Below, in pieces: positions 52,901-64,000 of a stretch of 64,000 nucleotides of DNA. The DNA is from Bugula neritina (Eukaryota; Animalia; Bryozoa): the NCBI GenBank assembly GCA_964035545.1, contig OZ037768.1, positions 7,410,741-7,474,740 of the forward strand, in the 5' to 3' direction. The position numbers and the translations under genes are program-made. Under the pieces are notes generated by a model. It was given only the letters and a program-made list of their open reading frames with translations. It did not search any database and was not told the origin of the DNA. Numbering within the stretch: the first letter of the stretch is position 1; every line of letters begins with the position of its first letter.

Positions 52901-52973
52901 AGAACGACCCTTAACAGCTACTGTAAACATGTTAGACACCCTCAAGGCGCATCCACCTGGGGTAGACTCCTAA
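46947..52973 (+). CDS. Uncharacterised coiled-coil protein (~300 aa); exons 46947-47084, 49187-49294, 49707-49840, 50282-50416, 51756-52027, then 52840-52973 (or 52579-52670)
   Basis: Exons join in frame through GT-AG introns of phases 0,0,2,2,1. Heptad-like N-terminal half (ELRDLYKEVESLRKDK...LETQNKQLQADILHLKDVIKRQ) and an S/P-rich tail. An in-frame TAG lies upstream of the ATG. Confidence 0.7.
47224..47567. mobile_element. PIF/Harbinger-like (Tourist-type) MITE, 344 bp
   Basis: 69-bp TIRs (47224-47292, 47499-47567) with 2 mismatches, flanked by a TAA duplication (47221-47223, 47568-47570); no coding capacity. Confidence 0.85.
50411..50949 (+). repeat. 30-bp minisatellite, 17 full units plus 1 shortened (TTCCAGGTATATACATTATATGGCAYATTA)
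   Basis: Units every 30 bp from 50411 to 50891; the unit at 50921 lacks 2 nt. The first unit overlaps the exon/intron junction at 50416/50417. Confidence 0.97.
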
Positions 52974-55900
52974 TGCCTTGTTATATTTAAATAAATGAAT
53001 GTTGTGATATTCCTGTTAACTTGCACTTAACAATTGCTTTCTAGCGTTCACATATCCTGCATTTGGACGCTAATCTCAGAAAATTTGGTGATTGTCTTCC
53101 CCTAGTTGTATTATGTTAATAAAGACTACCAGGAACAAACATAGCACTAAAACCAGATGAATTACATTATATTATACAAGCATTTATTTTTCTGAAATTT
53201 ATTAGATGCAATGGGCTCCATAACTAAATAAATTAGGGAATTATAATGAAAATGCTTACTATGTATGCATGTATGTATTAAGTATTTACAAAATATTCAA
53301 ATTACAGTTCTGATTAATGTGTGTTTTAGTCACAAATTACATTATTTATAAATTTAATAAAATGTATGTATGTTGCCTATAACAGTTTACTTAATTTGTT
53401 ATGTACATACTTTATACGCCACATCATTGTAGCCAAAATACTTTTGATTTGGAGTTGTGCTCTCTCTGCATCCAAAAAGCAGAATAGCTACTTGGCAAAA
53501 CTGAAGCAATTGAAATAGCATGCGTCATTTAAATGGGACAGTAGAAAAATAATTGAGAATAAAACAGGCATAAATATGATATGCGCAGAATGGATGCAGT
53601 GATTAATTCAATGTAACCTTGAAGAAAGATTGTACTCTATGAAAATGGATCTTGAAAAGCACTCTCATCTTTGTGACATTTGATATTACTGCTATAAAGA
53701 GTGATATCCTGATTGTATGAACCAATTAAGTAAAGGAAGAATTAATTTGGGTTAACAGAGTTTTCACCAGAAAATGTGTATCACCTATAATAATAGTCGA
53801 GAAAGATGCGTAAAAATAATACATTCAATATTAAATAAAGCAGGTTAGAAATTTTATTTTATATATGCAAGAAAAAACCAATCTTCAAGAGTATAGTCTG
53901 TACAATATATTTCATAAATGAATGTCGAGTGTCTTATGAAAAGACAGCACATAAGTGTCATCAATGTTAAATATAAATTTGGTGCTTTAAATACACTGAG
54001 CTTTAGATAGCCATAACTACACAATAAATAATAAAAGCAGCCATAAGTTTACAGAGCAAACAAATTATTTTTAAACATACAACTTGTAATTAATCCTTAA
54101 AAGGTCAACTATAGAGCAAGAAAATAACATTTTAATCTATCATATATATTTCGCTCTCATACAGTCCTACATTATGCTACAAATTGTTAAATACCCTATA
54201 TATTTACTGGAAATAGAACAAAACTAAGTTTGGAAACTACTGACAAATTGAAGAAAATAAACATATAAAAATAAAATAAACTAAAACTACATAGGCTGTG
54301 CACCCATGCGTGAGTTACCAAAGAGAGGATGAAACCGTTCAGTGATCAAGATCAGCCGTCCAAATGTGAGTCAGGGCCGCGATACCCCAGCGAGAAAAGC
54401 ACCCCAATATACAGACAGCACACAAACACCAGCCGTGTAGGATTTCCTGTGCAATGACTGATTCATAGTCAGTCACGAAGCTAAGCTACACTATATTACG
54501 GTGCCAAAGTGGTTTGTAAATGTTGATGGAATAGTCATGCTACATTCTTGTATATATAATATTTCTTGTGAATACCTACACACTTTGAATATAATAGTAT
54601 ACTAAAACTATGAAACTTCAATGATTTATATTTTGACTGACTTGTAAAATGATCATTTTTCAATCTCATTAAGAATTTGTAAATGACTAAATCTTACTTT
54701 ACTGATAATTGTTATGTAACTAATATAAAGTTGCAACCCTGAAAAATAATTTTGTCCGACTATTTAAGTTCTAGTCTCAAGTCATCATAGATACATAACT
54801 TGAGGGTTTCATAGGATTACAGGAAGAACTGTAACTAAACGAAGTCTATCGTAGGCTATTGGTCAAGGCCTACTTGAAGCTGTATTCATTGAAGTATAAC
54901 CTATAATTTTTAGTTCATTGGTTGTATCTACTAATGTACCTGGTCATAGTGAGTATGCTGGAAAAGCTATCTTTATCAGGGAACAATGGTCATTTCCTTA
55001 AAATATAAAAAAAGGCTATATGCTTGAATACTGAAAGTTGGTACTAAGCCATGTTTCCTTCCACTAAAGCACATGGTGCAGAAGCAACTGAACATTAGAC
55101 ACTTTGAATTTGGAACCAAAATAGGACTGGTTTTGGATACATTAGACTTGCTATATTACCACTTCACTAACATCTCCCCTGCATATATATTCTTAGTAAC
55201 TATGAATATGCTAGTGACCACTTTACTAACATCTCCCCTGCATTAGTCCTGAATTCTTTTTCCAGTTTTCTAGAAACAGGCTATTTTCACCTTGCATAAA
55301 ACAAAAGATGAAGTTTTTACAACAGCATAGGGTGCTGTGCATTCTCCTATTCAATCAATTGGAGTCGATTATTGGATTACAGTTTCATCAAGATACAGGA
55401 GTTTGATGTAGCTACTCTCTAAAGTCAAAACATTCATGCATGGTATGGTTATTCAGAAATTTCAAAAAGTAGTTTTAATTTGAATTGCATTTTATATTAG
55501 ATAAAATACAGTCATAAAAGTGTAAATATTTATATCATGCAATATAAATAAGAAATAATGTAAATTCCCTTATATGTAACATTGACATATAATTTAATAT
55601 TATATAAAAATAGAAACATATGAAAGATACAAAAAGCAGTTAGAGACAGAATTTGAAACAAATATATAACCATTTTATATACAGTAAAATATTGTAAAGA
55701 TCAGTGTGAGTTGATTGCAATATATACAGATATGTGCCATGCAGTTTTATATTCCATAGTTTTGTATTGAAAATTACGACATAGAGATATATATAGCATA
55801 GATAATGTATATAAGTATATATAGATTGCTATATATTATAAATTCCAAATAGATTGCTATAAAATGAGACATTCTGGAGTTTGTTTTACATCAACAAACA

Positions 55901-56451
55901 CTCGTGTAGCTCTGAGTGTTGAGCATTGTGCAATAACAATGACATTACTTGGCATTTGAGCTCAGGAATATGTAGAAGTTGTACTCCCTTGTCAGGGATG
56001 AACCTACACCAGTCAACTTCGTTCAACATAAAGGTATATATACACAAAAAACCATGACTGAATATCGTATATGTAGGTTGAAAAAAAACAGTAGTTTTTA
56101 GTAATATGTACTAGTAGTATAATTATGTACATGTCTTGCATATCATCTCAAGCTGTCTATAAGAAAGGTTGGCAGTAAATATACTGGATACAAAGAGTTG
56201 ATGTAGGACTGCATCTCCCTCACACTTTGTGAGCGTATTTTTAGGAATAAGAGAATATATACGACCCAACATGGCTGCTAGGAAATGTCTACAAAGTCCG
56301 GGGATGGGTCACAGCTACAAAGAGCTGAATATTAAGTATCTGTGTGCTTGTAGGGATTCTGTGTTGAAGTGGGGTCTTGAGAGTATATAGAGAGTATGAG
56401 TATTACACAGAGAAGTGTCTATTAAACATGGAGCAGGAGAGAAGAGGCTAT

Positions 56452-59400
56452 TTAATCTTTCCAGCTTACAGATCCACCCTTTAGTAGGTACTCTAGTGCC
56501 TTGCTATATTCACCCATCTTCTTATATATAAGGCCAATATTGTTATAACTATTAGCAATGTTTGTTTGTGTAGCCTCAGTGCCATAGACAGCAAGATACA
56601 TCTCTAGTGACTTTGTGTGGTACTCTAGTGCCTTGCTATATTCACCAAAGTTGTAATACACACTACCAATATTATTGTAACCTGTTGCAATGTCTGCATG
56701 TGTAGCCTCAGTGCCATACACAGCCAGATACATATCTAGTGACTTTGTGAGGTACTCTAGGGCCCTGCTATATTTACCCATATTGCAATATACAAGACCA
56801 ATGTTGTTATAACTAGTAGCAATGTCTGCATGTGTAGCCTCAGTGCCATACACAGCTAGCCTCATTTCTAGTGACTTTGTGTAGTACTCTAGTGCCTTGC
56901 TGTATTCACTCATTTTCTTATATAAAAGACCAATATTGTTATAACTAGTAGCAATATCTGCATGTGTAGCCTCAGTGCCATACACAGCTAGCCTCATTTC
57001 TAGTGACTTCATGTAGTTTTCTAGTGCCTTGCGATCTTCACCCATGTCGTAATACACAAGACCAATATTGTCATAACTATTAGCAATGTCTCCATGTGTA
57101 GCCTCAGTGCCATAGACAGCCAGATGCCTCTGTAGTGACTTTGTGTGGTACTCTAGTGCCTTGCTATATTTGCCCATTTTGTAATACACAAGACCAATGT
57201 TGTTATAACTATTAGCAATACTTGGATGTGTAGCCTCAGTGCCATACACAGCCAGACACATCTCTAGTGACTTAGTATAGCACTTTAGTGCTTTGCTATA
57301 CTCGCCTATGCTGTCATGCACACGGCCAATACCATTGTAACTAGTTGCAATGCCTCTATGTGTAGCCTCAGTACCATAAACAGCCAGCTTCATTTCTAGT
57401 GACTTTGTGTAATGCTCTAGTGCTTTGCTATATTCACCCATGTTGCAATACACAAGACCAATATCATTGTAACTAGTTGCAATGTCTGCATGTGTAGCCT
57501 CAGTGCCATAAACAGCAAGCTTCATTTCTAGTGACTTTGTGTAGTACTCTAGTGCTTTGCTATATTCACCCATGTTGCAATACACAAGACCAATATCATT
57601 GTAACTAGCAGCAATACTAGCATGTGTAGCCTCAGTGCCATACACAGCTAGATACATTTCTAGTGACTTTGTGTAGTACTCTAGTGCCTGGCTGTATTCA
57701 CACATGTTGTAATGGACAAGGCCAATACTGGTGTAACTAGCAGCAATGTCTGCATGTGTAGCCTCAGTGCCATACACAGCTAGATACATTTCTAGTGATT
57801 TTGTGTAGTACTCTAGAGCCTTGCTGTATTCACCCATGTTGTAATACACATTACCCAGCTCACAATAAGCACTAGCCAGGTCCACATGATTTGTCTCCCC
57901 GTGCACTGCTCGAAACATGTCGCACGACATATTTATATACAGCAGAGACTGATCATAAAGGCACATCTCCTGATATACTCTGCCAACTCGAAGATAACAC
58001 GAAGCTACATTGGTATGAACACCTTCAGTTTCTCTACAAGCTTTTTCTACATTTAAGAGCAAAGCTTGAACACCTAGTTTGATGGAAAATTCCCCCATTT
58101 CCCCATGAAACTGTTCAAGTATTGGGGTTTCCTTAATCTTTAGAAAGTTCTTTATAGTCTTTTCTAAAGATAGTGTGTGATGTTTCAGTGCATCTTTCTT
58201 TTTTCCCATTCTGCTGTAAACTTTACCGTAAGCAGTATGTACGGCTGCTATGTCTATGTGGGTGGTCTTTCCTGTCGACTCCAGCATACTGAGAGCTGAG
58301 CTGAGAATTGACAAGGCTGTGTCATGGTCTTCCATACAGCTATGAAGAAGTGCAAGTTCTACTAATAGACCAGCCTGTTCATGTTTACTAACATCTAATC
58401 TTTCGAATGCGTGTATCACAATCTGGTAATTGCTTAATGCTGCTTGATAATTGGATCTTTTAGTTTCCAGAGCACCAACATCTCTATAGCACTGAGCAAC
58501 AGTCACATGATCAGTTGTAGGGTGCAGGCTCTCTGCCATAGACAAAGCTCTGTTATAGCAGTGAATAGACATCTCATAGTCCCCATTTTTTTCATAAATG
58601 TGCCCCAACCCTCTCAGTAATAGTGCAATGTCTGGGTGATCAACACAGTCAGTATGCAACTTTACTAACTCATTCTGGTAGTGATTTAAATACTCAATCC
58701 CTCGCTCATGTTCCCCTTTCTCTGAATGTATTAAAGCCAATGATACTACCATCTCAACATAATGACTATCAAGTTTCATGTCGCCATGACATGCTTGTAG
58801 TCTGTCAAACAATAAGATTGCAGCGTTGGCTAATTCTTCAGCCTGTACATAGTGTTTTGTGTTTTGACAGGCTTGACTGAGAACTCGGAAAGCTTGTGCC
58901 ATGATTTCAAACCAACGCAGATTTTCATCTGCAATTGCAGAGCTGGCAGACATCTTTTTCACAAATCTGTACAAGGTTTGCCTTTTATTTATACTAAACT
59001 TTGCTTTTAGAGTAGAATAAACGTCACCTAGTAGAGAAAATGCATCAGAATCGCTATGAAGTTTGTTAGCACAATCTGTGGCTAAAATCTTCCACTTCAA
59101 CTCATCAATTGAGGTTTCTCTAGATTCTTTTGTAAGCCATATAAAATATTGTATGGAAAGTTCGAAACTATGTGCAGAGTATAACAGATAAGCTGCTAAT
59201 TCTACATAACGTTTGGATGATTCTAATTCTTGCAGTCTGTAACTCTCATTCAATGGCGTTTGTGTTGAGCCAGTTTTTAAGTCTTCCTTGACTGTTTTCT
59301 TTACAATTTCTAGAAACACATCTGGCTCTTTGGCAAATATCCCTTCTCCACAGTTAGTTCTAATAGTTTTTATTGCCTGCTCATAGCAACCACAAAAATA

Positions 59401-61559
59401 CTCTATTTCTGCTTTCAGCATAAAAGATGGCTGCTGCTCACCTACATCCTTCAATAAGTGTTTTATCACATCATATTTGTCGGTTGAGTTCAGGTTAGCG
59501 AGTAAATCCAGATTTTTTGCAATGCACAGCTTCACCGGAACAATTGTGAATGCCATTAGAGTAAAAATATGGTGTGGTAAACTGTACACTTTTCTGTTGG
59601 ACCCTGTTCCGGGATACAAGGAAAACTCATCCTGTTGAGATTGTAACTGCAAACAAGCTACTGTTCTCGTATATATAGCTAGGGCTGACACTAAATTTAG
59701 TCTAAAGCATTGGCTTTCATCTAATATCCTCAAACTTTTCAGCTTTTCAGTTACTCCCCATGGAGTTGTTTCGGGATATCCTAAAAGCAGTCGGAGGTGA
59801 TCAACTAAAAGCGTTGGATACCGAAAAAGTATAGACTTTACTTTTAGTTTTGTGTTGTCTGGTGAACCAAATGACTCAAATCTGGGTAAAAAGTTGTACA
59901 TCTTTGCATCATTTTCAAGTACTTGCAACCTTTTTTGTATTAATGTCGTGCTTGATGTTTCCTCTATTAAGATCTTATGAAAATGTTCTGTTAAGGTTTT
60001 GAACAGTGTGTCACCATCTTTGTACGCCGTGACGAGGATGCAAGAAGACAGGAGATCACCAATATCTGCCGTGTTCCCAGCAGGTGACAATAAACCTTTC
60101 CTATACACATCGGCGAACTGTTCTACAGTCAAAATCAACTTCTTTGCACCATCACCTCTCCCAGTTGGAATATTTCCAGCCTTTTCTGAAATTCCATCAA
60201 TGTGAAACCCAACTGCTGCGTCATCATTGTACGTTTTATCTATCTCGGCAATATCAAAACATTTCAATGGAGATTCCTTCAGATTTCCAATCCTAAAATA
60301 GCTATCAACTGCCAGCTTAGTGAAGTAGTCACTGTGACTATCAGACTCAACAACAAAGGCATACTCCAGATCTGAGTATGGGGTGGCTGTACCACGGGCA
60401 ACTGAACCCAGAGCAACCACAGCAAATGAACAAGGAACCTCAAGACCTGACTTACTCAGAATATCAACACTTGACTGTATAATAGATTTACAGAATAGAA
60501 TAAAGTTTTCACTACACCTCTGACTGAGATGGAATACAGAATCAGAAAACAAAGACAGTTGATCCTTAGATGGTTTATTGTCAAGTTTCAGATGCTCTGT
60601 CTCAATAGAGTCAAAGTCAGTTTTACTTTCATTTCTGTAGCTTGTAAGTAGTTGTAGATGATTATTTGTCAGTTGTTGGTGTTCTTCATAGGTGAGTGGA
60701 TGCCTACCTTTGTACCAGATTTTTTCTATCTCATAGACTCTTCTTTGTCTGGTCTCTGTGAACTCTCTAGCTAGACATCTGTTGGCTAACCCATGTGCCT
60801 AAACAATAATTTAATACAGTCATAAGATAATATACTGAAATGCATTGGGCTCATTTCATAGTGTGCTATCTTAGTATCCGACCAATTTAAACTCCTTGAA
60901 TTTTCTGTTATTTATACCGCACAAAAGTTTACCGAACAAAGTTTAACAGGACTGATAAAATGATAAAATGTGATAAAATGTACTATTGTCCCTTTGACAA
61001 TTTCTTGATATTATGAGCATGTTCATTAACACAAATTTATTTATGTCAAGACATATACATATACGCACACTCGGACACATATACCAACTAAAACTTGTCA
61101 AATAGAGCTATGACATAGATACTGAGAACACTCAAATACTACATACTTGTATTGGTTTACTGTTCATCACTTGCACCTTTTAGCCTCATAATCATTACTA
61201 CACATGTCTACTGACTTATGCTCACTGCTACAGTCTATAAACTACTATGCATAAAACCTCCAGTTGATACTTTTGGTACTGGTAATAATATAATTACTCA
61301 AGATCAATACTAACATCAGCGTTGGTGCTGCCAACATGCTTTGCTATTGAAGAAACCTTAAAGTCTCAAAACAACACAACTCTGGAGGATAGAAAACATT
61401 TCATTGATCCATTCAAGCTATTGAAAAGTCAATGCATTCTACTAAAAATATTATATCATTTACCTTAAGATGGGTCACCCAATCATCGCTAAAAACCGCT
61501 TCTTTCTGGTATTTCTCTGTCAACTCATCCAACTTTAGAATATTCTGATAACTAGCCAT
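56452..61559 (-). CDS. Nucleotidyltransferase (DUF294/GlnD-GlnE-like) domain + TPR repeat protein, ~1480 aa; exons 61559-61464 and 60798-56452
   Basis: The frame is open from the acceptor at 60800-60799 through the 1366-aa ORF, and a 32-codon phase-0 exon upstream supplies the ATG. Motif FAVVALGSVARGTATPYSDLEYAFV fits the Pol-beta NTase hG[S]x9-13Dh[D/E]h signature. The C-terminal half is TPRs. Confidence 0.85.
56480..57867 (-). repeat. Coding tandem array of 132-bp (44-aa) TPR units, ~10.5 copies
   Basis: Consensus YNxIGLVYxxMGEYSKALEYxTKSLEMxLAVYGTEATHADIAxS; gcctcagtgcc recurs at 132-bp spacing (56573, 56705, ...). Confidence 0.95.
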
Positions 61560-63419
61560 GTTTCAAACTTCTCACTGTCTAAAGTAAAGCTTGCAAGTAT
61601 ATAATACATTTCACAATGGTAAAAAATCAAATCTTTTAGCTTGTCTTGTAACAGTCATCTCTTGCTCTCAGACTAATAAGAATTTATTTAATCCTCCCCT
61701 AAACAAACTTGTTGTATATATTCTTTAGAGCTAAGTCTTGACATCAGATTACAATCTAAAAATTTAATGTTCGGTGACATTTGAAATGATGCAGCAGTGA
61801 AGAAATTGAGAAAATCCTGTGGTTTAGATTGAAAATGTAGCAAAACAAGTTATATTCTCGCAAGAATTTTAACTAAATTTATTAAAGCAAATTTAAGCTA
61901 CAAAAATTTTTCACTTGCTGCACTTAAAGGTTTTATATCAAGTGCTTTGTGAAAAGGACATTTTCATGATGCATTACAATCTACTATATAGTCAGTTAAA
62001 ACTTGAAATATTATGATATATTGCAAGTTAGCACTAACTACTAGTAAATTCAAGTATTATGATACATTGCAAGCTGGTCATCACTACATTCATATACTGA
62101 ATTTGAGGCTGGTAGACTAGAATAAATGAAATGATACTTTATATCAAGTCTCAGCTATCTAAACCTCCATAATCAACTAATTTAGGGCTGGTGTTGCACA
62201 TACTTACATATGTTATGGTTTCTTCTGTGCTGCCACATATGATGTCTCACTGTGAGATGATGTTGTAAAAGACTGCCTGACGATGCTGCTATAAAGGTAT
62301 TCAAGCAATATATTATAAGTGATATTTTGTATGCATATGCTACTATATGATATATCACATATATAGCATTCAACTTCTCTGCAACGTTAGTTAAAGCTCA
62401 ATATTGTCTTGTATTGAATGCTTGCATGTATTCTTATATCTATTTCATATTTATCTCTTTTTTCTTTCCATACATGATTTACAGTATATTTTAACAGTAG
62501 CTTTAAATAGACAGTTATGGAGGCTATATAATGTACAAGGTATAGGACATATACCTAGTTGCTAGAGAGGATATATAACATAGCCTGCATACTTTCACAT
62601 ATGTTGACATATAAACTTTTGTACCTAGAATTTTAGCCTAATGATTATAGCATTTCACTCTTTAGCTATTCGGTACTTATCATGTTCACTATTCATACCT
62701 TTATGTAGAGCATCGGAGCTCTAGAGCTATGATGAAGAGATTCTTATGAACTGATGTGACAGCTTTAGAACTAAATCTCCTTCCTCTTATGCACTGGAGT
62801 CCGCACTGGTCAGATGGGGCTGGAGAGAAGAAGCTTCCATAAACAACACTGCCAGTTAACACAATACCCACATAACAGTGTCCATACGTAGAATTGTATA
62901 TATATATATGTTATATCTATATTCTCATAATAATATGATTATGCATAGGTATCTAGAATATAACTCCATGCATACTTTGTGCTGTTTGTGTTTTATTAGA
63001 TACTTAGCATGCATATCTAAACCCCCCCCCTCCCCCCTCCCCTGCAGTGTATAATATAACAATGTCATGCTTACTGGAATCAATCAGGTAAAGAGGTAGA
63101 GACTGGTACCACTTTAAGTATTAACTCACACATGGCACCCATAGAAGGCATATAATAAACAGTAATCAGCAGTCATACGCGTATGTATAAGTGGTTTTCA
63201 TAAAAGTGACACATGAACTAGCAACAACAAACTTACCATATATGGATATGATGAAGGGGTGAGCTGTGTGAGTTAGCAGGGCTCCGTAATGGTTATACTC
63301 AACGCTGCCTCAATGCTCAAAACTTTACACTGTAGTGTTTGTGAAATGATATCAATTTTTGTTGTTACTTGATCTGCTCTGGTTGCTTTAGAAATAACAC
63401 AAAGGAACTTTATGCACTA

Positions 63420-63868
63420 AAGTTGCGTTTATACCTCTGCTGAAAAAAGTACCGAGTTTAAGTTAATAACGCTTTTCCGGGTACCCCTTTATAGTCAAAC
63501 TTAAACTCGTTGAAATCATATTGATGCGGTTGCTCACTTTCTGAAATTGAAATTTGACTCGCATAATAGCTATTTGATGCCCTTTGTAAACGTCGTGAAT
63601 TAGTGAAGCGGAAAGCATAAAAGCGATAATTGAGAAGGCGTAGGCTATATAATTATAATTGTATAAGTACGTTGTCTAATCGCCAAAGTAATAACTAAAT
63701 AACGATGTTTACAAGGAGTTATTACTCCTATTCTAAAATTGGCCGATTAAGTTATCACAGTACAAAAATTTCAACGGGTGGCTTTTACAATGCAATGCAA
63801 CTCGGAGAAATTTCAACCCGGCCAAATTTAAATTTTGACCGAAAATCGTGAAGGTATAAACGCAACTT
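63420..63868. mobile_element. Putative MITE (~450 bp), superfamily uncertain (Kolobok- or piggyBac-like flanks)
   Basis: Perfect 17-bp inverted repeat AAGTTGCGTTTATACCT (63420-63436, 63852-63868), TTAA-like flanks, CpG-richer interior with an internal aaatttcaac repeat. Confidence 0.6.
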
Positions 63869-64000
63869 AAGTTGTATGGCAATGGAATTAAAACTTGAAT
63901 CAGCATAATTGTAGTCATGAGCTAAATTATTTATTCTATGTATTATATGTTGAAGTAATTTTCTTTGTTATATTTCCAATAACTTTTGTGCAGCTCAGAA

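Noticed and set aside
55159-55244. 26-bp direct repeat at 60-bp spacing
   Set aside because: A two-copy local duplication with no further structure.
56452-60552. Bacterial contamination or a kinesin light chain annotation for the TPR ORF
   Set aside because: The gene has a spliceosomal intron and host-like flanks; it lacks the KLC heptad region and carries an NTase motif instead.

Overview
AT-rich, intron-rich eukaryotic DNA from an invertebrate animal (species not determinable from sequence alone). Genes reconstructed by hand from splice signals and recalled protein similarity, in order: a KLF1/2/4-type Kruppel-like factor with a polyQ tract (+), CCDC137 (+), CLP1 (-, containing a minor-spliceosome AT-AC intron), a Neurexin IV/CNTNAP-like gene (+, ~24 exons), a multi-exon probable pseudogene (-), an unrecognised coiled-coil gene (+), and a ~1480-aa two-exon gene (-) joining a Pol-beta/DUF294-like nucleotidyltransferase domain to an array of near-identical 44-aa TPR repeats. 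Mobile and repetitive DNA: a 5'-truncated LINE, a degenerate full-length Tc1 transposon, two MITEs, two tRNA-derived SINE heads, two 30-bp minisatellites and several AGT/ACT-rich low-complexity tracts. The most interesting items are (1) the NTase-TPR protein, a candidate sensor-coupled nucleotidyltransferase with variable repeats; (2) a minisatellite that reiterates an exon's 5' splice site 17 times in frame; and (3) the U12-type intron in CLP1. No database searches were run; all family calls rest on recalled motifs.
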